Assembly: GCA_004431415.1 (NCBI GenBank)
Contig: QPMI01000578.1
Span: 40,054 to 104,053, forward strand
DNA length: 64,000 nucleotides
Direction of reading: 5' to 3'
Source: Cyanophora paradoxa CCMP329
Taxonomy: Eukaryota; Plantae; Glaucophyta
Each line of letters opens with the position of its first letter. Positions within the stretch are counted from its first letter, which is position 1. The notes beneath the pieces were generated by a model. That model had not been told where the DNA came from and ran no database searches. It saw only the letters and a program-made list of their open reading frames with translations. Shown one piece after another: positions 26,620-39,300 of this stretch. The position numbers were made by a program, and so were the translations under genes.

Positions 26620-27786
26620 CGTTGCCGCGTACGTGAATTCAACGTTTTTTTCATCGGAGCTCTGCTTCTCTAGATCTAGCTAGAGCGCCGCCGGCCCGCC
26701 GCAGGCCTGTAACCTGCGGAATCCAGCGAGGCACGCTGCTGCGGGTGCTCTGGTCCGCCCGGACGGTTCCGACCGGTGCTTGACAGCGTCGGCCATCGAG
26801 CCGCGTGTGCTCCAGCGCCCAAGAGGTCGGGTGGGAGCTTGCTGCAGGCATCGCGATGGCGTCTTCAGCCTCGGCCGCGGCTGTGGCCGCAGGCCATGGC
26901 CAGGAGAATCGATATACGACTGCGGCGACCCGCGAGCGCGAGCTCGAGGAGGCCAAGCTTAAGGCCAGCCATGGCCATGGCCAGCTGCAGCTGCAGAGCT
27001 CACGCCTGGCGCTCGGATCCCGGAGCCGCGGAGTCGACCCCCCGCGCACTCGCTCTCGCTCTCAAACCAGGCAGGCCTGACCTGACCCGTCATCGCAGCG
27101 GCGCGTCCGTGGCGCCATGCACACCTCGAACCCGCCTGTGACGCGCCCGCTCCCCGGCCCCTCCCCACTGATCACTACGCACCCGCAGACCACACTGCAG
27201 CTGGCATCGATATCGATATCCGCCCACCCTCGACGCCGAGTTCACGGCTCGCTGGCCCCGCCCCGCCCCCCGCCGCCGCCATTAGAGCCCGCCACGGCCA
27301 TCCCGTCCCACAGCCCGGGCCGCTAGCGCTGCAGGTGCTGCTGGTGACCTTCCCCGCGGGGCCTCTGGCCCTCCTCCCCCCGCCGACGCCTCCCCAGAGG
27401 CAGAAGCGGCCCTCCCGGCGGGCGGTCGTAGCCCGCCTCCCTCTCCTCCTGCTCTGACCCTCCCGCCCCCGCCCCCTCTTCCTCATGATCAGAGGCGGAT
27501 CATGAAGCTTCACGCGGCCTCCCCTGCCACCGCTGCCCACCTGCGAACCATCGGTGCCCTGCATATATAAGTGCCCCTCAAGCTCCCCCGGTCGGCTCCA
27601 CCAGCGCCCTGCACGTACCCCCCCCCCTCCCCAACCGCCCCCACGTTCCCCCTCTGGCCCTCGCCCATGACCCCAAGTACCCCTCCACGCCCCTACTAGG
27701 CTAATCAAAATACCCCAACGACCTGACCCCCTCCCTTCCCCCCCCCTCCCCTCCCCCCCGACCCCGGCCCCCCATAGGCCCCACCG

Positions 27787-27787
<1 letters not shown>

Positions 27788-27820
<33 letters not shown>
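27788..27820. repeat. Poly-C run (33 nt) at a compositional boundary
   Basis: Seen directly; sequence to the right is visibly less GC-rich. Confidence 0.9.
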
Positions 27821-27823
<3 letters not shown>

Positions 27824-28772
27824 CGACTAGGATCGGCCGTTTAAGCAGTTAGGGTAGGTTCCAGCCCTACCGTAGTACCAGCAACGATAGACTCGGACCT
27901 GGGAAGGCCTGGGTCCGCGTCGCATACAAGATGTTATCATTTAAATGCAACTTTCAGTGAAAAAAAGCTTTCAGTTTGGCCGATTCGAGAGCGAGCGAGA
28001 GCGAGGACCGATGGTTCTTGAGAAAAACATCGTGGGCGACATACCCCGGCCCCCAAGCTTCTTACCCCTCCCGCCATGGTCTCACTGTCGTACCCAAGCG
28101 CAGATCGCCGGCCGGTTCGCCTTGCTTCCTGATCTGGTTCGCCTCGCTTCCTGATCTGGACTGTGTCGACGTCGACATGTTGCATTGCTACACATTATAA
28201 CGTTGCTGCATATGCATGCGCATATATAGCTATAGCTTTCAGTCTGGCCGATTATAATGCTTGCAGATCATAAATAAGAAATCGGGCAAATGCTGCGCAT
28301 GCCAAGCATATACCTACACATACACATAAGCTTTAAGATATCTGAAACAAATATATGTGTGACGCGGCGTCCGAAGTCATAAACAAGCGCAGGGGCGAAT
28401 ACGTATACTGCAAGGCTGATCAATAAATTGTCGGTAGCATGGAGCGTCGATGTCGAACAATAGATCTCTATAGCTTATCTAATGATCATGAGTCGGAAAT
28501 GATTTCTATCCTATGTCGACCCGGCGGCAAACGCTTCACCGAGCTCGAGAACGCTACAAAATTCTCTATGGAGCATCGAGCTACTTCTACCCTGATCGAT
28601 GCGTCATGTGCTGGTATGACTTCTATCTTATTTTCTAGGGGGATGACGAACGCTCTACCGATCGCGAGCTCCCGAGTCCAGCTGAGGTCGCAACAGAACA
28701 TTCTCCTAGCTATAGGCGCTCGATTTAATGCATGCACATGCGTGGCACAATTCTTTAGATACATCAAGCAAT

Positions 28773-30289
28773 TCATGCAATTTCTGCTCTGAGCACGTGG
28801 ACGGTGGTTGGCTTCGACGGCGGTGAGCGCTCCGGTAGGTGCAGGCGGTCGCGCTCGTCAAGTGGCGGCGGAGTGCTGGATATCGATATCAATCCGGATC
28901 CGGCGCTGTTGTGAGGGTGACGCTGGCCGGCCAAGCTGAAGGCCACAGGGTTTGGGGCCCCCTGGAGCTTTGGGGACTGCAGCTGCGGCTCCATCGCGAC
29001 GGGATACACGATGTGCTGCACTTCGCTGTACCCAGGGGACGAATTTGATGCCCCGCCATCCAGCTCGACGTCGTTGACTCGGACGGGAGGGGGCGTTGTC
29101 GAGTTCTCTGCGGATCCTTCGATCTCGATCACCTCGTGGCTCCGGCGACGCCTGCTGTTGGCGATCCCCATCCTCGACCCCCGTCGCTGCAGTTGGCCCG
29201 CCGTGGACGCTGGGAGCCCGTGCACGGCGCGCTGGCGCTGCTTCCTGTGCTGAAGGAACACAATGACAACAGCACCAAGCACCACTCCCACGCAAATGCC
29301 GACCGTCGCCCCCACAATGACACCCGTCGAATCAGGGGCGGCTCCGGCCGGTGCCGCCGCTGCCGGAGCAAACGGTCCGTCGCCAGCAGCTGCAGTAGTG
29401 GAGCCGGCGGTGACCTTGACGTTTTGGACGGCGGTGACGGGCTTGCCGGCTACCACCAGCGACTTGCTGGCGACCTGTGGGCGGGATTGGCACGAGTCAG
29501 ATAAAAGTGCATGTGGGCGTCATGGATTCGCAAAGAAACGGGATATTATCGCACCTGTTCGTTGAGAGCCTTCAATATGGCTGTCGGGGTTTTGATCGCC
29601 GTGTTCGTATTTCCGCCACTAGTACTTGCAGCTGTCTGGATAATGAGCAGATCAATGAGGATCGGAGTCGCTTGCCGAAGACGCCGCCGCGCAGTTGGGG
29701 CTCCGCATGACACATCTGCACCATCTGTTAGGAAAGAATGGTCTATATATCGTTCACGAGCGAGAACGCAAACTCACTGTTCACAATTATGCTGTCGGAA
29801 GAAGCCCCAGCAGACGCTGCAAGGCTGGCAGCAATGGAGTCCCTTGAATTGCTTGCAACGAAGCTGGCGCACTCCGCCGGCGAGCTGCTTTGTAGCTGCA
29901 GCGTCAGCTGCACCTGTTCGGTGCCCGCGGCCGCCACCGGCGTCGGACGGGGAGCCCCTGCAGCCGGATCCGGAGTCGGGACGGTGGAGGCACTCGGGGT
30001 CGGATCCGGAGCTTGCGTGGCGCCCAGGGCCATTCCGGGTGTGGGGGTCGGGCTTGGACTGGGGCTGACGCTCTCCGTCAGAACGTTAACGGCGCCTAAG
30101 TATGGGCTGGGCGACGGGCTTGATATCGGCGTCTCGGCTGGCAGAGCGCTTGGCGACGGGCTCGGGCTCGGGCTCGGCGTCTCGGCTGGCAGAGCGCTTG
30201 GCGACGGGCTCGGGCTCGGGCTCGGCGTCTCGGTTGGCAGCGAGCTTGGCGACGGGCTCGGGCTCGGGCTCGGCGTCTCGGTCGGGCTT

Positions 30290-30321
<32 letters not shown>

Positions 30322-33300
30322 CGTCTCGGTCGGGCTCGGCGACGGGCTTGGCGATGGGCTCGGGCTCGGGCTCGGCGTCTCGGTCGGGCTTGGCGACGGG
30401 CTCGGGCTGGGGCTCGGCGTCTCGGTCGGGCTTGGCGACGGGCTCGGGCTGGGGCTCGGCGTCTCGTTCGGGCTTGGCGACGGGCTCGGGCTCGGGCTCG
30501 GCGTCTCGGTCGGGCTTGGCGACGGGCTCGGGCTGGGGCTCGGCGTCTCGGTCGGGCTTGGCGACGGGCTCGGGCTGGGGCTCGGCGTCTCGGTCGGGCT
30601 TGGCGACGGGCTCGGGCTGGGGCTCGGCGTCGACGTCTCGGTCGGGCTTGGCGACGGGCTCGGGTTGGGGCTCGGCGTCTCGGTCGGGCTTGGCGACGGG
30701 CTCGGGCTGGGGCTCGGCGTCTCGGTCGGGCTTGGCGACGGGCTCGGGCTGGGGCTCGGCGTCGACGTCTCGTCGGGCTTGCGACGGGCTCGGGCTCGGG
30801 CTCGGCGTCTCGGTCGGGCTTGGCGACGGGCTCGGGCTGGGGCTCGGCGTCTCGGTCGGGCTTGGCGACGGGCTCGGGCTGGGGCTCGGCGTCTCGGTCG
30901 GGCTTGGCGACGGGCTCGGGCTGGGGCTCGGCGTCTCGGTCGGGCTTGGCGACGGGCTCGGGCTGGGCGACGGGCTCGGGCTTGGCGACGGGCTCGGGCT
31001 TGGCGACGGGCTCGGGCTTGGCGACGGGCTCGGCATGGGGAGAGGAATGACGTTTGCTGCGTAGGCTCCCTCGAGATTGCACTGTGGGTTGCCGTCGCTG
31101 TTGAAGACCACGTATACATCGCTTCCAGCAACAGCAATGCCGAGGCCGAACCGGGCGTTCCCCCTCCAAACGAGGCACGTAAAATGGCCTGTCCTGGGCT
31201 GATATCCCGGCGTGCTGAAATTGTAGTCCTTTACCTCGCTGTACCATGCGTCGGCCGCGCGCTTCGCTGAGGCAATGACGTCCGTGCTCGCGCCACTCGA
31301 CCAATAAAGGTTCTGCACGCGAAATCAAAAAGCGTCCGTGCAATGAATGCATGCTTAAATTAAAACTTGAAAGAACCGCACCTCGCCGTAGTTGGTTGAA
31401 CTGTGCTCGAGTTCGCCGCTCTGGACCAGATAGCTCGCCCACGCCTGCGCCACCGCGGCGACCGCCGCATCGTACTGCATGTCCGCCGCCGAGTGCTTCG
31501 CTCGGTAGGCGTTGTAGTAGGCCGTGACCTCCGCCTGCTGCGCCGCGCTGAGAGCTGGAGACGGGCTCGGGCTTGGTGTAGGGCTCTGAAACGGGCTCGG
31601 CGAAGGGCTTGCGCTGGGCGTGGGACTAGGGGACGGCGTAGGGGCCGGCGTGAACAGAGGAACATCGACAGGTGGCGGCGGCGTCGCCGGAACGTCCAGC
31701 GTGATTTCGTTGGAGATTGTCACGTTCTGCGAGCGACGGGTATGGCAATTACTTATAAATTACAAAATGAAGGCATGAAGTACGCCGCACGCACCGCAGT
31801 CTCGGCAAGTTTCTGCACCAGCTCTCCGGACTCCGTTGCATTCTTCAGCTTCTCCGCAAGCTGAGTTAGTTCACGGACCATTTTCATGGCTGGAGTCTCG
31901 CATTCTTCCCCGTTCTGTGCGTCTCATGTCAAAACATGGCCCAGAAAGATCCGCACACATTCAGTCGACGTTTAATCACCTTGAGGCTTTCTTCCGTGCA
32001 CAGTCCTAGGGCCAGGCCGTTGCCGGAACCAGCGGTCGACGTAGAATTCGAAGCGCTCGAACTCGTGGAGTTCGTTGCGGTTGCATTGGCCGCCGCTGTG
32101 GAGTTCGCGGTTGTGGCGTTGCTCGCGCTGTCCACGGTTGGCGGCGTGGGAGCGACGATGTCGTCGGTGGAGTAGCCCTGTTCCCGCTTCAGCGCTAGCT
32201 AACCGTGCAGCACGAACCACCAGCAGAGAAGAAAAGCTCACCTCCGGGAGAATTTGGATGTCGAGCTGCGTGGTGGTCACTTGCAGCGCGCCTCGGCGGC
32301 GGCTGGTGCCAGCAACAGCCTTGACGATCTTGATTCGAACAGGATCGATCTGCAGAGCGTTCGAATGCGGCGAGGTTCTGCACAAGGAACGTTCAGCTCA
32401 CCCCCAAAATAGATGCGAGGCCGTACACGAAAGAGGATCCTCCAGTGTTTCTGCGTACGAATTAAGTCGAATTGGCAAATCTTGGAAGCAAATTAATGTT
32501 AAAGCGCACAGGAAGTCGTCCTCGCTCATCTCCACGTTCAGGCTGAGGCGCACGACCGGGATGACGCGGAGCAACACATGGACGCCACCGCCCCGCATGA
32601 TCACGTGCATGGTTTTGCCGTCGATGTCGAGGTAATTGGATCCAATCGGATCCGTGAGAGATGGGATGGCGGTGTTCTTTTCCACGAACTTCAGCGTGGT
32701 CTTCGGATCTCCAATAAAGACATCCACGCGGTTCGCTTTCGGGTAGAAAATCGCAAGATCTGCGCAACCGCAAGGGCGAGTCAATGTCCTCTTGAAGCTC
32801 GAGTTTACAAATTACAGATAAATTAACGGTCGCGACAAACAAATTACAAAAACGCACGGCTCGCATCCTGCACAGTGTCTGAGCCAGTCATGATCACGAG
32901 TTTGAGGTCGGTGGGCAGAGTGCCCGTGAATGTACTGCGAGAGCGGACGGAACGCCGTCAGCTGCAGCCACTCTCTTTCCGATTTTTCGCGTGGCCGGGC
33001 TCACATGTTGACGCGCTGCTGGGACGGAATCACTGCAGTGTACGTTGAAGGCCGTGTTCTGCATCGGTAACCAGCACACCAGCCGAAGAACGAGAAGCCC
33101 GAGATCAGATCCAATGCATCGCCGGCGTACACGCCCATCGGCCCGAATCTGAAAGCAGCCGAATTTAAGACATAAAATCGCGATATCGATTCGCGTCCTG
33201 AAGCCACTCACCGGCGAAGCAGATTGTCGGCGTCACCGGACTGTACGGTCTGCGAACGAAAGTTGCACCGAATCAAGAGAGAATTGAAGGCAATCGAAGC

Positions 33301-36300
33301 GCAACGCCGCGACGTCCAAACGAGCGCGCACGAGTAACTGGTGGTTCAGGTTGCTGTGAGCACACCAGTACGCGTTTGTTTCGCTGACGAAGTCGCAGCC
33401 AGTGCGCACAATGCCTTCCGTCCTTGGTGAAGGATACAAGCGCGCCCAAGGGACCTGCAAAAGAGTAAGAGCGCAGCTTTCAGTTTATCAGGTTGATTAA
33501 TATTGCGAACCAGAACCGCGCGCGACATATTATTGGCGGCAACAGCGGCCATGTCTTCCTTCATCCACGGAATCCAGTCCTGGTGGCTTGCTATGATTGA
33601 GCCGCCCGCTGCTCCAGTTAGCGTGCCATCCGCGTCCTTCAGAAGGCAGTGCTGCATTGTCCCGAGAAATATAATGTATTTCAGGCGAAGTTTCGCGGCC
33701 CCATCAAGCTATAAACGCCGTACGCACCTTCGCTCCGTCGCAATACATATTATCGCACTCATCCGGCGTCAGTCCGCTCTCTCCAGGAGGCGCGAACCAC
33801 GCGAGGCCATTCCGCGTGGTGTTGGCCACTTCGGTATTGCGGAACGTCATCGTCGGGCAGCGATCATCAGTCTAGCAGTGTAAACACGAATTAATCAGCG
33901 GTTGCCAGAAGTTGCCCGGAAAAATGTTATTCGCAAAGAGCAGACCGCGTGTGTCCAGCTCGAAATGCCGTAGGATTCGATGCCGCACTCATCCCTTCCC
34001 GGGAAGTTGAAGAAACCGTTATTATCCATCCAGACCTCCCCCAGATTGTTCGGGGGATTGAGAACTTCGAGGCGGCATCAGAAATTACAGAACGAAGTCG
34101 CTCAAAAAGAACGAACCATAACCCGAGGGCCAGTCCTAGATTGTTTCAAAAACAAGCGCAAAGGTCACATATATACGCAAACAATGTTATAATGAGATTA
34201 AACCCAGAACGGGCGAACCTCCATCTCGTCAAAGAGGGCGCCAGGGAAGAATGGCACGACGAGTCCAATGCTTTTTCCGGTCGGCCTAAATCCTCCGAAC
34301 CAGTCGGTGGTCGGCGCTGTCGTGCAGTCGCGCTGGCGAGTGTGCCCAACGAAGATACTATTGCGTATCCGTGTTTCCTTGCCGTCGTAGCTTCCCGCTT
34401 GCTGCGAATGAAAGGTGCGCATCCAAATCAGACTGGGGGAAGAGTTCAAATTCGAAGCTGGTGCATGCGAACGGACGCACAAGAAGCAGGCTGCCGATCT
34501 TGTTGTCCACAAACTGCATATTCTGCATCCACATGTGTCCGCCGCCCAAAGCAGCATACAGCCCTAAGTTCCAGCGGACATTGCCCAGTCAGCTGCCGTC
34601 GAAACACGCAGGGTCTCAAGCGAACCCATGTGCCAGTTTTTGTAGACGAGCATGTTACGTGTCATTGTGCAGCCTCCAAGGCTAAGCATATCGACGCCTG
34701 CAGGAGCCGTATTAAGTAATGCAAAGATCGCAACCGAATATACAGAAATGAATTCGAAGGGGTCAAGCGCTCTAGCTAGCGCAATCCAAAGCAGACTAAC
34801 CGAAGGTCGAGGAGTGGGCCTGGATGGACGTCGACGGAAATATATATTAGCCGCAGGCATTGGCGCACGGATGAAAGAACACTTAGGCTTATATAATCAG
34901 GCGCACGGTGTTGTTTTCCCACACACCGCCCGAAGCGTACGTAGCGGTCCAGCTGCAGCTTTGGCCCGGGAATTTGAACCCGATGCGCTGGGAGCCGGCA
35001 GCCGTGTTGCCCACGACTCTCGATCTGTCGAAGTTCTTGCTCTCGATGGTGAAGGCAGCTATGCGACGGCGGTTGTCGCGATCCGAGCGGGCCTGGAAGC
35101 GCATGGAGATGGCGAGATTGTCGATGAGGTCGAATTGCGATGCCGTGCTTGAAAGGTGGAAGTTGGGCCCGAGGCTGTTGAACACAACGTTGTTCTCCAC
35201 CACGACGCCCCTTGCGTTCGCGATGGAGACGGCCGCCCCATAGCCATGGGCGAAAGCGCAGCGGCGAATCACGACGTTCGCATCTCCTTTGGGGATCTTG
35301 TCGGTCAGGTCGCGGACCAGTACTCCGGCCGCAGCGAGCTGATCCTGCCCGAAATTGAGGAATTGCACGCTGTCGAGCATGACTCTCGGGAACGGGATTC
35401 CGAATCCGTCTTTTTCCAGCGGAGCGACCAGCGTCACTGCGCCAAACTGCTCCTCGCCGATGGCGATGCGAGACGCGTTGCCTCCACGGATGACAATCGA
35501 CCGCGTCAAAACTCCGACCTGCGCAGATCCGTCGTTAATTTGTAGTGGCGGATCGTTCGTTTCGAATTTCGGATTGGTCGCTCAAGTAATGCCGCGTGCA
35601 AAACCTATAAATCGCTTGAGCGCCGAGCTCATGATCAGCGTACCTCGGTCCGCATATCAAGTGTAGCGTCTTTTCCTCCCGCACGGGGGATTACAACTCT
35701 CTGCCCCCAGCGCCTGGCTAGCAGAGGCTTGTTCAGCGTTATGGTTTGCTGCCCGTTTCCGGCAGTCGTCATTGCTGTGACAATGAACTCTTCCCCAGCG
35801 GTGCCTTCCCAGTCGCTCGGAGCCACCGCGATGGTATCGTTTACATTTGCGATCGCTGTCTCAAGTACCAAGGTTGTGGCTCCGGCGTTGGCATCCTGAG
35901 CAAGACGCTGCGGACAATTTGCGATAGCTCGCGTTAGGTTCCGCAAGGTAGGGAGTTTCAAGCGTGAGCTCAATGTTTACCGTCCAGGCTCTGGTGATCG
36001 AAGTTCCGTAGGCTTCGAACTTCCCAAGAACTGCCAGCGCTTTCATGGGAACAATCAGTTCGTTCGAGAATACCCAGTTCTCCTGGGTGCCTGCGAAAGC
36101 CCGTCTGAGTGCGGAACACAATCGTCCAACTTTCTAATTTTGTGATTTGCGGCCTACCCCTTCTTCCGGTAAGAATGATCTCTGCACGGTTGGTGAAGCG
36201 CCGAGTCGTATTCCCAATTGTAAGGGAGCCCCAAGGATCAACGACAATGGTTTGTGCGATGATGGCAAGCGTAATGTTGGGCTTGTCTTCCGCAAACCGC

Positions 36301-39300
36301 AGAGTTCCGCGGATAAGCAGACGGCGGAGCGATGCGGTGCGAACGTCCACCACAAGCGTCATCCATGATGGAACTGTTACCTGCACGCCAGTATCGTGAG
36401 CCCGTTCCATTCTGGATCAAGCGAAAAGCGTTTGAAATAAGAGGCGCACATCGTCGCCGTCCTTGGGCAGCGTCCCGTTCCACGTGGCGTTGGCGTCCGA
36501 CCAGAGATAGAAGTCTCGCGTTATGTTCGGAGCAGGCTTGCTGTTGTCGGGCGGTGGAGGGCAGCCGGTGTGGGGGCACGCTGCGGATGGCACGACGTCC
36601 TCAGTACAATTGCAATTGCAAGTCGCAGACGTCAGACGCGGGCAGAGGAGCTGTCGCTCGCGCACCGTGAACGAGCGTGCGCATGTAAGTCGGCGCAGTG
36701 TTGTTAATTACACCTGAGGAAAAGTTTACACTCGGCAGGAGGGCAGCCGGTCTTTCTCATGAACAGGCACGTGCACTGACCTACAGCAATAGTCCAGGAC
36801 CCGTCCGTGACTCTGCTGCTCATTCCGGAAAGGGGGTTGGAGTAAAGGCGAGATACGTCAAGCCCGGTAATGTTTGGCTGAAGTTCGACTTCAGTGTTGT
36901 AGAGAACTCTCCCGTAGACGTGTACGTGATCGGGCTTTGGATTCGCGGCGAAGTCGATTTGCAGGAATGCTTGCTCGTGAGGCTGCGCCTGCGATCAGCA
37001 TATATATATTCGACCCGACGTCGACTTGAAGCACCTGCCACGCAGACGTCTGCAGATCGAACCCGGTAGGGTCGACGTAGGCAGTCGGATCCGGCACGCC
37101 GGTCCCTGTAAAATCCCATTGTAGAGAATAGCGGCGTCCGACCTTGATCTGCGCGAATCGCTCGCTCGATCAGACCGCACAAGCAAGTAATCTGAGCAAC
37201 CATAGACGGAAGCGTGCCATGAACACGTAGCCGTTCTCGTTAGGTTGCGACCATTGGACGGCAATCGTGGCTTTCGTCTCGACATCCGTCACCTGTTGTA
37301 GCCGGTCAATCTCAACTCGAGTCTCTTCGGGCGATCCCGCGAGTGCAAAAGCGCCGCTAGAGACTTTTTGCGCGCTCGCGTTCCGCACCAGTAGGTCGAC
37401 CTTGTCAAGAGTCGTCGGAGCCATTGCGCTACGAAAAGAATAAATGCTCGCGCTTTAAAGAACCCCCATGTACATGCCAGCTGCAGATGCAGGCCTCGGG
37501 TGGGATTTAACTTGCTCACCCTCCGGACATGAACACACGACGGAAAGCGGTTCCATTGCAGATCACGCCCTTGAAGGTGTCGATGTAGGGTGTGCACTCG
37601 GCCGGATATGATTTGGTGAAATCCGTATTAAAGATCACTTGCGCTCTCGGCTGGCCAGTGAGAGTGCCATCAAGATCGGTCAATGTTCCTGTCAGCGATT
37701 ATTTCGATAAGCTCTTTGATCGATAGCCAGCGTTCGTCCTATTTCTGCCGGTGCACCTATGTCTTGACGGACAAAGTACGATCGTGTGGCGACGTTTACA
37801 AAGTTCAACTTTTCTGTCCATCTGTGGGCGATCGCGAGGTATACGTAGGGGGTCGACGTCATAATTGAAGTATAATGGAAATTGGGATTATTCGACGGGA
37901 TGGAGCCACGCACGTGTTGAAGCCGCCCTGGAGACCTGCAGTTTTGGCACACACAGTCATGGCGGTGTCGCCGGGATGCGTCGCGAAATTGACGAAGGTC
38001 TGTGGGAGGGCGCGGTTATATATAGATATGCAATTGAAAAAAACTATGGAAAAGAACGAATGAAAGCAGATGTATGAAAATGCGCTGACAATGTTCGAGA
38101 TCGTCATCCTGCACGAGTGCAGCGTTAAAGCAGAGTCGCGGGGTGGGATGCATATGGGTGCATGTGCAACGGCGTTCCCAGATCGGTGCAGCGCACCCAT
38201 AGCTCTTCGGCGTCCAGATGCCGGAGCGTCCGGTGGCTGCGGCCGGATCCTGCAGCTCGTTGTGGCCAGAATGCCCGACGATGACCAGATCCTCCATCTT
38301 CGTCATGTTTTCGTGCTGCACCTGAAAGGCGAGTTATGATTAGTACACCATTATAATTGATTTTGCTTTCACAAGCGCGCGCTCGTCGTGATCGCGCACC
38401 AAAAAGCGGCCAGATCCGTATGTTCCACCTGAAGACGCCCAGGGACATGATCAGCATTCACACTACATGGAGAAAGGATCGATCTTTTTTACAGCACGCA
38501 CTGAATCGAATGTCACGCCAGCCTGGCAACAAACGGCGGTAGCGCTCAGCAGAGGAAAGGAACTGAAAGATCCATGGGCGTACCATCGTCTCCAGGGTGA
38601 ATGCCCGAGACTTCGATGCCGTGATTCAGATTATCGACAAAATTCATGTCGCGGAATATGACCTGCGCGTCAATAAATAAGTTTCGGTGTTCTCAAGGGA
38701 AGGGGTACAAGTGTCCCGAGCGCACCGAAGTAATGGCAGTCGCTGTTAGCCCATTCCGGGCGTTCGCTGGCGTGCGAATGGCCATGCATTATAATTAGAA
38801 GGCTCAAATCGAACAATCAAACAGATCTAGAGAATTCAGACCATAGCTCGTGAAGTTCTCAAAAACGGCCCACGACCGGTTCCTGATCCGCGTTCTGATG
38901 TCCGAATGGCACGGCGTCGTCGAGGGGAAGTACTCCGGGAAGATGCGGAACCCATATCCGGTGCAGCTGCGCGCAGAAATCGATATCCGGAGGCATCGGC
39001 GTGTGAAGGAGGGATTGCCTTTGACTCACCTGTGCGCTGAGTTATTGCGGAAGGTTCCCATTCTCTCATACTTGGCGCAAACGTCGGGCTTCGTGCCAGC
39101 CGACGCGCCCGTCTGCAGCCTGCAGTCCGCGTCGTGAGTCGACATTTCTAAGTTGAGCTGTCCGACACATTGAATTTCGCTAAACATGAAATCGAAGAGC
39201 GCACGCATCGAGTTTGTACCAGTATCCCCACATTCCGCCGACCGCGACATTATTGGTGCTGCGTGCCAGCAATTAAATTACATTGAATCTAACTGTATAA

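Noticed and set aside
26805-27080. Short plus-strand ORF divergent from the radical SAM gene
   Set aside because: No recognisable motif or convincing downstream exons.
29738-31442. Long alternative-frame ORFs (GLGLG, RARRQ and EPEP repeats)
   Set aside because: These are shadow frames of the SP-repeat exon.
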